A stretch of DNA of 63,914 nucleotides, the filler included, from Octopus bimaculoides (taxonomy: Eukaryota), in NCBI RefSeq assembly GCF_001194135.2. It is 6 parts of 5 records of this genome, joined end to end, with 100 filler letters (N's around TTAATTAATTAA, not from the genome) between each part and the next. Parts side by side here need not be neighbours in the genome. Positions count along the whole stretch, not along the records: positions 1 to 9,095 come from NC_068986.1; positions 9,196 to 17,214 come from NC_068998.1; 4 more parts are not named here. One strand, 5' to 3'. This document shows positions 1 to 13,372 of the stretch, one piece after another. The notes under the pieces are model-generated. The model had not been told where the DNA came from, did not search any database, and saw nothing but the letters and a program-made list of their open reading frames with translations. The first letter of the stretch is position 1. Each line of letters begins with the position of its first letter. A program made the position numbers and the translations under genes.

Positions 1-33
<33 letters not shown>

Positions 34-708
34 GTACGTATGTATATATATGTATATGGATATGTATACATGTACATATATATATATATATTTATATACA
101 TTTATATATACATACATACATTCATACATACGAACGCATCCATATATATGTGTGCGAGTGTTTGGATTCTGATTGCAACATGTGAGTATTCGTTTATAAG
201 TATGTGTATATGTATTTATTTGTGTTAGTTTGCGTGTGTTTTTTTTTCTTTTCTCTCTCTATTTTATTCTTAATCTTTATTCAATAGTCTTTAGTAATTA
301 TGAGTAAATCTCAGAGTTCATGGCTACAATGCATTTTGCTTTCTTTAAGTGTATTCATTCTTTTCATAGGTTTATCTATTTGGCTTATTTCAACAGCTTA
401 ATCTTTCGGGTTATATTGATAACTTTGGCAGCTTTGTGGTAAAAACAACAGCAACTACAACACTAACAACAACAACAGCAACAGCAGCCACAAAAAGAAC
501 AACAATGATTAGGATAATATTAATAAAGGAGACAAAGCGAGATAAGGAGGAGGCGAGGGTGAGAGGAGTGGAAAGAGAGGTCCGGGTGAGTGAGTTAGAG
601 ATTTCATTCAATGTGCCTCAAGGAACATGAAGAAAACATTGTAATACAGAACTGTTGTTTTCAATAGGTTACTGATATTGTAGAAATAAACAAATGTACT
701 GTTGCTTC

Positions 709-752
<44 letters not shown>

Positions 753-769
753 TGATGATGATGATGATG

Positions 770-824
<55 letters not shown>

Positions 825-826
<2 letters not shown>

Positions 827-1377
827 GCTCGGATGCAGTAGCAGTCAGTGACTCTCATGGCTTCTGATCTTAATTGATTGGAAGTGTTATCATGTACATC
901 GTTTTGTCTTGGTATAAAAAGATGGGCTACAGCAAATATTCTCCTCAATACCACAGATTTGCTTGTCAGTTGTTTGACCTTAACCAGTTGAGCATGTCCC
1001 TTGGTGGCTGACGATATGTGCATCTCTGATCATGAGCAGAAGGAGTGGGGGAGCATCATAGCCATGCGTCGAGAGGAATTCTTTGGGGTTTCAATAATTC
1101 ACCTTTGGAAACATGGGTGTTTTGCTCAACATCCTTAAACAAACCTTATTCAGGGACCTTTTGAGTAGGATGGGCTACTCGACTTGAAGAAAATTCTAAC
1201 TGGGCCCACCTGCAATATCATGAGCTGTTCATCTTGGTATGAGATCACAATGTCACGCACATATGGTTGTGATGCATGTGCCTGGTGTACCCTTATCAGA
1301 CGGGTAGTCATGATGACTATATTGGGCTCCGTATATTTTACTCCAGTGTCACTTTGATGGCATGCACTGCTCTTTCA
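825..1377 (+). mobile_element. ~550-bp non-coding interspersed repeat (family C) embedded in (AAT)n/(ACT)n
   Basis: Reverse-complement homologue at 45374-45930 and deleted copy at 13370-13466 share both ends; microsatellite flanks. Confidence 0.8.
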
Positions 1378-1378
1378 A

Positions 1379-1413
<35 letters not shown>

Positions 1414-1439
1414 ATAATAATAATAATAATAATAAGCCT

Positions 1440-1645
1440 TTTTAATATCGGCACAAAGCATGGAATTTGAGGGGAGGGGGATAGTGAATTACATCGACCT
1501 CATTACTTGACTGGTTCTTAATTTGTCGACCCCGAAAGGATCAAAGGCAAAGTCGACCTCGGCGGAATTTGAAAATTAGAACGTGCAGAATTACGAAATA
1601 CCGCTATGTATTTTTACGGCGTGCTAACGATTCTGCCAGCTCAGT
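1440..1645 (-). mobile_element. tRNA-derived SINE family B
   Basis: Reverse complement of family B (ctggcagaatcgttagcacgcc...cctttcggggtcgac...taagaaccag) seen in many copies. Confidence 0.75.
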
Positions 1646-1781
1646 GATGATGATGATTATGATGATGATGATAAGAGTTTCTAAGTTAGGTACAAGGCCA
1701 GCAATGTTGAGGGTATAATGTTAGTTGACTAATTCTATATTTTACAAAAATATATGGTTAATATGAGCTTGTACATCATAC

Positions 1782-1818
1782 CTGAAATTGACGAAAATTT
1801 CTCCAAATCGTCCGCCAT
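1782..1818 (-). CDS. Candidate first coding exon, MADDLEKFSSIS(G), phase-1 donor
   Basis: Minus strand reads caaATGGCGGACGAT...TTTCAG|GTATGA; in-frame stops upstream; the downstream exons would lie left of the window. Confidence 0.4.
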
Positions 1819-2179
1819 TTGTACGCAGCAGTAGCAGCAACAGCAGCAGTTGCAGTGGTAATAGTAGTAGCAGCAACAGCAGCAGCAAAATCAGCACTAA
1901 CAGCAGCAGAAACACCAGTAGTGACGTTTTTCGTTATTCAGCTTATTCACTCCCCGACACCGCAAACTCATGAGTTCCCTTAGAAACTGCGCAAACCTTT
2001 GGAATTAAGAATTCAATATTTGCTACCTCAGCTGGAGGAGGCCACTTGTGCAAGCAAGAATTTTGCAGATTCTGGGGCGAGTTTTAAGAACTAAGATTCG
2101 GTATTTAGTCACTTTACGAAATCCGCTACATGTTTGTTCAGTATTTCGTAACTGCGTTGCGTCCACTTAAAATTATTAT

Positions 2180-2600
2180 TATTAGTAGTAGTAGTAGTTG
2201 TTGTTGTAGTAGTAGAGGTGATGGTGGTGGTGGTGCTGGGGCTGGTGGTAAGTGATGGTGGTGGTGGTAGTAGTAGCAAAGGTGGTGGTGATGATGGTAG
2301 TAGTAGTAGTGGCAGTGTTTGTCGTGATGGTGGTGGTGATGATGGTGATGGTGGAAGTGGCAGTGTTGTTGTTGGAGGTGGTGATGGTGGTAAATGATGG
2401 TGGTGGTGGTGGTGGTGGTAGTAGTAGTAGTAGTATTAGTAGTAATGGTGGAGGTGATGATAGCAGTAGCGGTAGTTGCAGTGTTTGTTGTGATGGTGGT
2501 GGTGGTGATGATGATGATGATGGTGGAAGTGACAGTACTGGTCATGATGGCGGTGGTGGTGGCAGTTGGAGAGGTACAGGTAGTAGTAATAGTAGCTGTG

Positions 2601-2664
<64 letters not shown>

Positions 2665-2665
2665 A
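2180..2665. repeat. Compound (GTA)n/(GTG)n/(GAT)n microsatellite
   Basis: Directly visible; explains the poly-V/S/G ORFs. Confidence 0.95.
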
Positions 2666-3059
2666 CGACAGTCGTTCAAAAAACTGCTAAATGGATAAAA
2701 AAAACACGATTAATAGAAAGTGTATGACATATTAACGAAAGCATATATAAAAAAGAAACAAAAAACAATAAAAAACAACGTTAAAAAGCAACACAAACAC
2801 TATGTACTGTAGTTGCAACTACTTAAAAAGGATAATCTATAATAACAAAAATGGCCGACATGAAAAACATAATGGCGACCGTGAAATAAGAGTTTAAAAA
2901 TAAAATAGGAACAAAATAGCTTCTATGACAGTGACATGTTAACATGTATAAAACACCAGGTCTAGGAACGAAATCAGTGAACAGATTTTATTGTATGAAT
3001 GCGATTTGTATGCTGAATTAAAATGAGTTACTAATCTAGCTAACAACATTGACCCAACA

Positions 3060-3085
3060 AACACAACGACAACAACAACAACAAC

Positions 3086-3137
<52 letters not shown>

Positions 3138-3320
3138 GGGGAAGACAAAAAGCTAAATAACTAATAGTAACTTGATATAAAAATAAAAATAAAAATAAAA
3201 TAAAATAAAATAAAAAATTATCGAAGTTAATTCTGTGACAATTGTCATTTATTACAAAATCAGAAGTGCCGAAGTCACAGAAAACAATAAATAAAAATAA
3301 TAATAATAATAATGACAATG

Positions 3321-3393
<73 letters not shown>

Positions 3394-3440
3394 TGATAAT
3401 AACAAGAAGAACAAGAACAAGAACAATAATAATAATAATG

Positions 3441-3507
<67 letters not shown>

Positions 3508-3552
3508 TGATAATAACAATGATAATAACAAGAAGAACAAGAACAAGAACAA

Positions 3553-3620
<68 letters not shown>
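3060..3620. repeat. (AAT)n arrays with a duplicated AAC/AAG cassette
   Basis: Directly visible; explains the poly-N/I/L ORFs. Confidence 0.95.
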
Positions 3621-3625
<5 letters not shown>

Positions 3626-3942
3626 AGTAAAATGAGAGACGAAAAAAAGTTTTAAAAAAAGGAAACTGTATTAAACAATGTTTTACGAGAAGGTTTGCTG
3701 TGATGATTATGCTTTATTTGCGAGAATAACTGCATGCATAATACAAACTTCAATGCAAAACTGTGTTGATTCAGTTTGAAAAACTAGGCATTGTATTTGA
3801 TAAATCTGCAGAAAATTGGATGATGACATTTTAGCATTTTAAAACGAGAAGTGTTGCCCTTAGCATTTAATCACATGAATGCCACACTGAAACGTAATAT
3901 TCAGCTCCCTCTTTTTTCGTTCATTTTTTATTTTATTTCCTG

Positions 3943-4002
<60 letters not shown>

Positions 4003-4077
4003 NNNNNNNNNNATAAACATTAAAATATGAAAGAATCACTCCGTTTAACACCAAACGCTTGTGCTTATGAATGCGTG

Positions 4078-4112
<35 letters not shown>

Positions 4113-4245
4113 GTGTTTGTGTGCGTGTGTGTCTGTCTGTCTGTGCACAAATGAGAGCATATTTATTTCCATGTATGACCCAGTTGTTGTAAATGCATTC
4201 TATTTTGCTGGTACAGCATTCTTCAGATAATATATATATATACAC

Positions 4246-4293
<48 letters not shown>

Positions 4294-4364
4294 CTGTGTG
4301 TGTGTGTGCTTGTGTGTGTGTGTGCATGTCTGTGTGTGTATGTGTGTGTGTATCTATATAAGTC

Positions 4365-4745
4365 AGCTAGCTGGTAGAATCGTTAGGAATCCAAGCAAAA
4401 TGCTTAGCGACATTTCGTACGACTTTGCGTTCCAGGTTCAAATTTCGCCGAGGTAGACTTTGCTTTCCACCCTTTTGGGTTCGATAAAATAAGTCCCAAT
4501 TCAGCACTGGGGGCGATATAATCGACTTATCACCTCCACCAAAATTGCTTACCATGTGCCAAACTTTGAAATTGATATATCTTTACGTTCCGAGTTCAAA
4601 TTCCGCCGAGGTCGATTTTGTCTTTTAGCCTTTGGGATCGATAAGATAAGTACCAGTAGAACATACCCACCGCCCAACCGGAAGTTAGACATACCCACCG
4701 CCTCACCGGACGTTGCTTGTCTTGTGTCAAAATGTGAAACCAATA
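4365..4745 (+). mobile_element. Two tandem SINE family B copies
   Basis: A-box-like ctggtagaatcg, B-box gttcaaatt(t/c)c twice, family core ggggtcga/gggatcga-taagtacc. Confidence 0.75.
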
Positions 4746-6399
4746 TATATCACGATATAAAAGTGCTGTGCAGTTTATTACATATTTCTGGTCTTCAGAT
4801 GGTATATGTCTCAATATAAAAATATATCGAAACATCTGTATGTATGTATGCATGCATGTGTGTGTGTGTCTGTCTCTCTGTCTGTGCGTGCATGTCTATT
4901 GAAGTATCAATAGCAACACGTACTTTAAAGAAAAGAATTCACTGATAATTAAACGCTATTGCAATTTTGAAAATTCTTATGATATATATGCGTATGTTCT
5001 TACGTGTGCGGTGATCTCTGTGTCTCTCTCTATGTATGTACACAGACACACACTTTACGTGATCTTATCCTTGTATATATAAATAAATAAAATATTTATG
5101 CTCCGGATCGGAATTGCATTGCTTTGAGGCTATTTCAGTTTTAAAAACATACGCGGCTGAAATTAAAAGTAAAAATTTGACTTAATTTTGATGCATAAGC
5201 GCGGATGTTTGCAGATGATCATACGAATTTGTTTCGTGGGTGTATATATGAATATTTGTGACTATGTTTCTTTAAATATTGCGCTGAGGATGGGAAATAA
5301 GCTATTTTACTGCTTTAATCAGGAAATTGGACCAAAACATAATTGTCTGTGGAGTTTTCTTTTGTATTTTTCATTTGCACGTCTACAACCCGTATTTTTG
5401 CAGGAACTAAAAGTGATTTATAACGTTTTTGGGCGTATTCTTACATGTTGGAGCAGGGTTTTTTTCCTGTTCCCTTATATAATTATATGATGTATATATA
5501 TATAATTATTATTTTAGTATCATTTAACCACAAGGTTTCATAACATTTTGGCCACTTGATATTATCACTTACATGATTTTATCCTGAAGTCAAATGACTG
5601 AAACTAGTTGAAGATAAAAGATATATGTATACATACATATNNNNNNNNNNNNNNNNNNNNNNNNNNNNNNNNNNNNNNNNNNNNNNNNNNNNNNNNNNNN
5701 NNNNNNNNNNNNNNNNNNNNNNNNNNNNNNNNNNNNNNNNNNNNNNNNNNNNNNNNNNNNNNNNNNNNNNNNNNNNNNNNNNNNNNNNNNNNNNNNNNNN
5801 NNNNNNNNNNNNNNNNNNNNNNNNNNNNNNNNNNNNNNNNNNNNNNNNNNNNNNNNNNNNNNNNNNNNNNNNNNNNNNNNNNNNNNNNNNNNNNNNNNNN
5901 NNNNNNNNNNNNNNNNNNNNNNNNNNNNNNNNNNNNNNNNNNNNNNNNNNNNNNNNNNNNNNNNNNNNNNNNNNNNNNNNNNNNNNNNNNNNNNNNNNNN
6001 NNNNNNNNNNNNNNNNNNNNNNNNNNNNNNNNNNNNNNNNNNNNNNNNNNNNNNNNNNNNNNNNNNNNNNNNNNNNNNNNNNNNNNNNNNNNNNNNNNNN
6101 NNNNNNNNNNNNNNNNNNNNNNNNNNNNNNNNNNNNNNNNNNNNNNNNNNNNNNNNNNNNNNNNNNNNNNNNNNNNNNNNNNNNNNNNNNNNNNNNNNNN
6201 NNNNNNNNNNNNNNNNNNNNNNNNNNNGAGGATTTTACAGTTTTTAATAAAATTTGTTCAAACAGGAACGTTTTAACTAACCAAAAACGATTATTAACAT
6301 TATTAACGCACAAGAAAAAAAAAATTAACGTGGCATGACTTATGAAATTTTGTACCAAATTTTATTTAAATTTTAATATTCCTCTTTATGTTTTGCGTC

Positions 6400-7620
6400 A
6401 AATTATTAAATAACGTTTGGTTAGATTATTTCCAGTTCTATAGTGATCTCGCTGCATAGAATGAGACATACCTTTGATGCTGGAAGCGCAATAACTGTTC
6501 TTTACGATACTGGTGGACATTTTTTAATGAAACTAATAGCGCTTCACATCGTTGTTAATCAGAGAGACCACGAAAAATTGCCGAAATGATGGATCGATAG
6601 ATGACTTTTTAATAGAAATATCACATACAGATTTGGCTGTGCTTCTTAAATAAAACTCAACTAAAGCAGTCTGACGTTAAATGAATATGTTTCTCTGAGA
6701 AACATAAGTGCATGCATACATTTCTCTTGAGAACTTAAGAATTACGCATTATCAGACTGATAAATATAGGTGGTCGGGCGAGTTGTACTTTAATTTTTAC
6801 ATCACCAGTTGTGAAGTATATGCGCGAAGTCGTAAAACAACGAATTTTACTAAGAGTGCATGAAACCGACCTTTATGTAGTTACGGATGTTGCAATGTCG
6901 TAGTTTGAGAACTGATGCTTTAAAAAGAGGTTGACTTATATATGAGACCACACGTATCAGGAAGAGTATTGCTTATTAAAACTTGTGTCACGCTGACTCT
7001 ATTTGAAGATAACATTAAAAGTGCATGCACCTGCGAAGTATTTAGCCATTGCACATATTAACTGAATGAAGAGAACGTCCAATTAATCGTGTAAGTTACT
7101 GCTTTAACATCGAAATCGACGAGTGGGCTGGATTATTTTTACACTAATGACAATATAACTAAATGCCATGCTCATTTAATCGGGTTGAGGGTGTTTTTAG
7201 CTTGACAACCAGCCAAATCTTCAAACGCAATGAAATCAAAAGCAAGGAAATTATCGGATTCATCATTCGCTTGAATTATAGTAACTTGTGGATACAAGCG
7301 CTTAAGATTGAAAATACAAGGCATTGAGCAAATTGTATGTTAACAACTCCACAATAATACGAACCCCACTCGCGAAAACACGTCGGAAAAGCTATATCCG
7401 GCAATGTCATTCACAAACTTTAAAATTCGACGCTCCGTAGATATAATTCCAATTTGAGGAATTTATAAATGATATTATCTGATATATGTTGCTCGATTAT
7501 TGCAGATCGGTGGAGTTTACATAATTACGCATTCCACTCAATGTCTTGTATTTCTTTCATTAAATGCTCTTATCGTTGCCTTCGATATAGTCCGCCATTA
7601 ATGACGTATCATTTTAAGTT
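6400..7620 (+). pseudogene. Possible highly decayed Helitron Pif1-like helicase relic
   Basis: Scattered frame-broken motifs in the expected order (SG..HKL, KFDAP~KVGAP, LRNL, LRIPL~PRIPL); many stops. Confidence 0.3.
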
Positions 7621-7654
7621 TCTCAATAACTCATTACAACTTCTTTCTTTTATT

Positions 7655-7891
7655 CTTCTTTAATTTGTTCCAGTCATTTGATTGCGGCCATGCTGGAGCA
7701 ACGCCTTTAGTCGAACGAATCGACCCCAGTACTTATTCTTTGTAAGCCTAGTACTTATTCTGTCGGGCTCTTTTGCCGAGCCGCTGAGTGACGGGCACGT
7801 AAACATAACCAACATCGGTTGTCAAGCGATGGTGGGGGCACAAACACAGACACACAAACATATATGAACATACATACATACATGCAAACAA

Positions 7892-7900
<9 letters not shown>
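7655..7900 (-). mobile_element. SINE family A, 3' half
   Basis: cagtcatttgattgcggccatgctggagc...gggcacgtaaac...ggggcacaaacac followed by microsatellite. Confidence 0.85.
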
Positions 7901-7922
<22 letters not shown>

Positions 7923-8226
7923 TATATATANNNNNNNNNNNNNNNNNNNNNNNNNNNNNNNNNNNNNNNNNNNNNNNNNNNNNNNNNNNNNNNNNNNNNN
8001 NNNNNNNNNNNNNNNNNNNNNNNNNNNNNNNNNNNNNNNNNNNNNNNNNNNNNNNNNNNNNNNNNNNNNNNNNNNNNNNNNNNNNNNNNNNNNNNNNNNN
8101 NNNNNNNNNNNNNNNNNNNNNNNNNNNNNNNNNNNNNNNNNNNNNNNNNTATGTATGTATATAATGATTTCGTAATGAGATAAAAAACCAAGGCTGTATA
8201 TAACATAGAACATTTATAAATAAAAA

Positions 8227-8274
8227 GTCTTACAGCTGTTTCCAGGATATTTATTAGATCCCTTCATCGGAGAC
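8227..8274 (-). ncRNA. Degenerate minimal type-I hammerhead ribozyme motif (U4>C), Penelope-type repeat
   Basis: Minus strand: gtct-CCGATGA-agggat..atcctg-GAAAC-agct-GTA/agac; stem I gtct:agac; palindromic ACAGCTGT helix III. Confidence 0.6.
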
Positions 8275-9005
8275 GGTGTGAGAGGATGGTTAAGCAATAG
8301 TTAATTTAGATAAGATAGGAAATAGATAGTGAATGTAGGGATATTGTATTTGTAAATCCATTGTTTATGCAGAATGGTATACATATAAGATTCCAATACC
8401 TTGTGAGCAAAATCCAATAGTCCTTAAGATTGGTCATTGCATTTGTAAATCCATTATTAAGATTCCAATTCCCTATGAAAAAAATCGAACAGTCTTTGAA
8501 ATTGGTCATTCCAAATACAGAGTTTATACACAGTGTTACTGAATCAAGGGCTCTCTTTAAAGTGACCTAAAACCAGGGGATGTATTATTAGTAGGGTCAA
8601 ATCGAAAACAGGAAGAGAGGAAACTCTTTCACCCTCCGCAAAAAATTCCAAATTTTATTTAATTTGCTTTGCGGGAAGGACTGTTCCAACGAAGTTGCGT
8701 ATTGTACTTCCCTTCGAAACGCGGAGTAGATGGAACAGGGACAACTGACGACGGGATATACTCATTAGGTCCCATGTTCCCTTTCTCTGTTTGTTTTTTT
8801 TGTTCGAAAAATGTTCGTTTTCTGTTTTCGTTTTTATGTTTTCGTTTCTCATTGTGTTTAACGTTTTTTTTGTCTTTAACCATATATGCATGTATGTATA
8901 CATATAGATGTATGTATGTACATATATGTGTGAATATATGCATATATTTATGTATTATTTATATTATTATATTATCGAACGCCACGCATCATTTTCCAAG
9001 TAAGT

Positions 9006-9048
<43 letters not shown>

Positions 9049-9049
9049 A

Positions 9050-9085
<36 letters not shown>

Positions 9086-9973
9086 ATATATATATNNNNN
9101 NNNNNNNNNNNNNNNNNNNNNNNNNNNNNNNNNNNNNNNTTAATTAATTAANNNNNNNNNNNNNNNNNNNNNNNNNNNNNNNNNNNNNNNNNNNNATATA
9201 TATACATACATATATATATTCGCACATACATATGCTCATGCATACACAGATATATACGCACAAACACACACATATACATATAATACATACGCAGACATGT
9301 ATACACACATATATATATATATGCATAATAGCTATTTCCATTCACACAAAGACACACATACATGCACACATACATACATGTATACATACGAATTGCTCAC
9401 CGAACGACACATAATCTACAGCGATGCTTTTTTGCTTGTCTGTCGTGTTCCATCTACAAACTGTTCCATAAATACTCAGCTATCGATTAAAAATCAATCG
9501 TACGGTGGTTTATGTGAACAAAGATAGAACAACCTGACAACATCTCGCCATGTTTTAATGCACAAACACACATACACACACGTCTCGTTGATATACATAC
9601 ACAAGCGTTCACACACACTTACATACACATATATACACTCGTATAGAGGGGTACGCACAGGAAAAAAATATATATGTGCACACAAAATGAGTGAAAGATA
9701 TGTTTGTACATGTGTCTATAGATACATGCAAATATATATATTTAGGCCTGATACTGATTCTATCGCGCCATTTTGCCGAACCACAAGGTTATGGGGACGT
9801 AAGCACACCAACACCGGTTGTCCAGTGGTGGTGAGGGCAAATACATACACACGCGCGCACACATACCTATATTCTTTTATTCTTTTAGTTATTTCAGTTC
9901 ATACAGTCCATACAGGAGCACCGCCTTACACACACACACACATACACCCACATATATATACGTATACATGTAA

Positions 9974-10013
<40 letters not shown>

Positions 10014-10879
10014 NNNNNNNNNNNNNNNNNNNNNNNNNNNNNNNNNNNNNNNNNNNNNNNNNNNNNNNNNNNNNNNNNNNNNNNNNNNNNNNNNNNNNNN
10101 NNNNNNNNNNNNNNNNNNNNNNNNNNNNNNNNNNNNNNNNNNNNNNNNNNNNNNNNNNNNNNNNNNNNNNNNNNNNNNNNNNNNNNNNNNNNNNNNNNNN
10201 NNNNNNNNNNNNNNNNNNNNNNNNNNNNNNNNNNNNNNNNNNNNNNNNNNNNNNNNNNNNNNNNNNNNNNNNNNNNNNNNNNNNNNNNNNNNNNNNNNNN
10301 NNNNNNNNNNNNNNNNNNNNNNNNNNNNNNNNNNNNNNNNNNNNNNNNNNNNNNNNNNNNNNNNNNNNNNNNNNNNNNNNNNNNNNNNNNNNNNNNNNNN
10401 NNNNNNNNNNNNNNNNNNNNNNNNNNNNNNNNNNNNNNNNNNNNNNNNNNNNNNNNNNNNNNNNNNNNNNNNNNNNNNNNNNNNNNNNNNNNNNNNNNNN
10501 NNNNNNNNNNNNNNNNNNNNNNNNNNNNNTATACATATTCTGCTTTTTTTTCTTTTCTTGTTTCAGTCATTTGGCTGCAGCCATACGTACGTACATACAT
10601 ACATACATACATACATACATACATACATTAAATTACTAAATGAACAGATATTTGAAAATATTTATATAGCTGTAAAATTATTATTATTATCTATAATATA
10701 AATTGAAGTTGGCTGACCGTTGTATTCTTTCTTGTCTTGAGGTTCACGGCCAAACGGCTGGGTGGATTCGCGTGAAAAATGGCACACATGTGGAGACGGG
10801 TGCATAGATTGGAACGCGCTTTCTACCTGTTGTAAAAATTAAAATACTTATAGTAGAAATGCTAAGCTAACAAAGGTAA

Positions 10880-11255
10880 TAATGGCTTCAAATTTTGGCG
10901 CAAGGCCAGCAATTTCGAGGCAGGGCTAGTCAACATCGACCCCAGTGCTAAACTGGTACTTATTTTATCGACCACGAAAGAATGAACGGCTAAGTCGACC
11001 TCTGCGAAATCTGAACATAGAGCGTAACGACAGATGAAACCTTTTCTACTCTAGGCACAAGGCCCGAAATTTCTGGAGTGGGGGGGGGGGCTAGTCGATC
11101 AGTTCGATCTCAGTACACAACTGGTATTTAATTTATCGACTCCGAAAGAATGAACGGCAAAGTCGACTTCAGCGAAATCTGAACATAGAGCGTAACGACA
11201 GATGAAATGTTGCAATGGACTTTGCCCGGCGTGCTTACCATTCTTCCAGCTCGTT
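10880..11255 (-). mobile_element. SINE family B with local internal duplication
   Basis: Two units share private variants (gcgaaatctgaacatagagcgtaacgacagatgaaa). Confidence 0.75.
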
Positions 11256-11745
11256 GCCTTAGTAACGGTAATGAAAATAAATAAATAAACAAATAAACCC
11301 AATAACAATGTAAACAATAATTAAAAAACAAAATAAGCTGGCGTAGAATACAATAATAAGACACGTGACCCAGACCATCCCACCTAATAAAAATCTTTTT
11401 ACACACTTTGGTCTATTATATTTTTAATTCCTTTCAACTTTTAATCTTTACTCTTTAACCTCATCCAGCCATGCTCCTCCCACCCTAGTGTCTACTCACT
11501 TTATATTTTGACACTACAAAGTTACTTTATTTGTTTTTAATACGTTATTTTACTTTTCTATCGTCAAATCTCACCTTATCTCTTTCTCTATCTCCTATCT
11601 TACGATCGCTTTCTTCACACCACTATTATTATTTCAGTCTATTATAGCTTTATCCTCATTTTTTTATTAATTTTATTGTTGTAATCATTACCACCTGACC
11701 ACCGCAACTAGTATTTTGATTATGAGTAGTACTTTCATAATAATG

Positions 11746-11781
<36 letters not shown>

Positions 11782-11800
11782 GATAATAATAATAATAATA

Positions 11801-13318
11801 AAAGAGCTAGAAACACTACTACAGACAGTACACGGCTTTACCAAGGAAATAGAAATGAAATTCGGATTAGAAAAATGTGCCAAAGCAACCCTGATAAGAG
11901 GAAAATTAGTTAAAAGTAGCAATATAACACTAGATAAAGCCAATGAAATAAGAGAACTAGACGAAAGCCAACCATATAAGTATTTAGGAGTCAATGAACT
12001 AGATAGGATACAACATACACAAATGAAAGAAAAAATAAAGAAAGAGTACTATAGACGAGTTAGATCAATACTAAAAACAGAGCTCAATGCTAAAAACAAG
12101 ATAATGGGTATCNNNNNNNNNNNNNNNNNNNNNNNNNNNNNNNNNNNNNNNNNNNNNNNNNNNNNNNNNNNNNNNNNNNNNNNNNNNNNNNNNNNNNNNN
12201 NNNNNNNNNNNNNNNNNNNNNNNNNNNNNNNNNNNNNNNNNNNNNNNNNNNNNNNNNNNNNNNNNNNNNNNNNNNNNNNNNNNNNNNNNNNNNNNNNNNN
12301 NNNNNNNNNNNNNNNNNNNNNNNNNNNNNNNNNNNNNNNNNNNNNNNNNNNNNNNNNNNNNNNNNNNNNNNNNNNNNNNNNNNNNNNNNNNNNNNNNNNN
12401 NNNNNNNNNNNNNNNNNNNNNNNNNNNNNNNNNNNNNNNNNNNNNNNNNNNNNNNNNNNNNNNNNNNNNNNNNNNNNNNNNNNNNNNNNNNNNNNNNNNN
12501 NNNNNNNNNNNNNNNNNNNNNNNNNNNNNNNNNNNNNNNNNNNNNNNNNNNNNNNNNNNNNNNNNNNNNNNNNNNNNNNNNNNNNNNNNNNNNNNNNNNN
12601 NNNNNNNNNNNNNNNNNNNNNNNNNNNNNNNNNNNNNNNNNNNNNNNNNNNNNNNNNNNNNNNNNNNNNNNNNNNNNNNNNNNNNNNNNNNNNNNNNNNN
12701 NNNNNNNNNNNNNNNNNNNNNNNNNNNNNNNNNNNNNNNNNNNNNNNNNNNNNNNNNNNNNNNNNNNNNNNNNNNNNNNNNNNNNNNNNNNNNNNNNNNN
12801 NNNNNNNNNNNNNNNNNNNNNNNNNNNNNNNNNNNNNNNNNNNNNNNNNNNNNNNNNNNNNNNNNNNNNNNNNNNNNNNNNNNNNNNNNNNNNNNNNNNN
12901 NNNNNNNNNNNNNNNNNNNNNNNNNNNNNNNNNNNNNNNNNNNNNNNNNNNNNNNNNNNNNNNNNNNNNNNNNNNNNNNNNNNNNNNNNNNNNNNNNNNN
13001 NNNNNNNNNNNNNNNNNNNNNNNNNNNNNNNNNNNNNNNNNNNNNNNNNNNNNNNNNNNNNNNNNNNNNNNNNNNNNNNNNNNNNNNNNNNNNNATAAAA
13101 AAATATTCAGACAAATACATAACAAAAACACCAGGACTTACAAATATATATAACATACAGAAAATTGCACTACTGGGCACTGCACACATCCTACGCAAAA
13201 CACTTTCAATACAGTAACCATAAGAGCACCACAGCAAACCACAGCACATACCCAAGGCACACAGAGCTGCGCTTGGTAGTGAAGTGAAAGCACGTTATAA
13301 AAATAAAACTACGGAACG

Positions 13319-13320
<2 letters not shown>
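11801..13320 (+). mobile_element. 5'-truncated R4/Dong-like non-LTR retrotransposon (RT C-terminal part, RLE end, 3'UTR); spans a gap
   Basis: MKFGLEKCAK...YKYLGV...KKEYYRRVRSILKTELN (RT domain 6-7/thumb); ends QKIALLGTAHILRKTLSIQ*; flanked by (AAT)n on both sides. Confidence 0.9.

Positions 13321-13369
<49 letters not shown>

Positions 13370-13372
<3 letters not shown>

Noticed and set aside
397-585. AG...GT-bounded 189-nt open frame (LNLSGYIDN...EREVR)
   Set aside because: Largely AAC and purine simple-repeat derived; no homology recognised.
2138-3655. Long ORFs of poly-V/S/N/L/I
   Set aside because: Translations of trinucleotide microsatellites.
5579-6358. Long X-filled ORFs spanning N gaps (also many others)
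   Set aside because: Open only because Ns contain no stop codons.
8700-8760. cccttcGAAAC ... CTGACGA arrangement suggesting a permuted hammerhead
   Set aside because: No convincing stems I/III or NUH site could be assigned.
9140-9151. Palindromic ttaattaattaa centred in N runs (also 17259, 36875, 39100, 42181)
   Set aside because: Identical 12-mer with stops in all six frames, always inside ~100-bp gaps: an assembly spacer, not biology.
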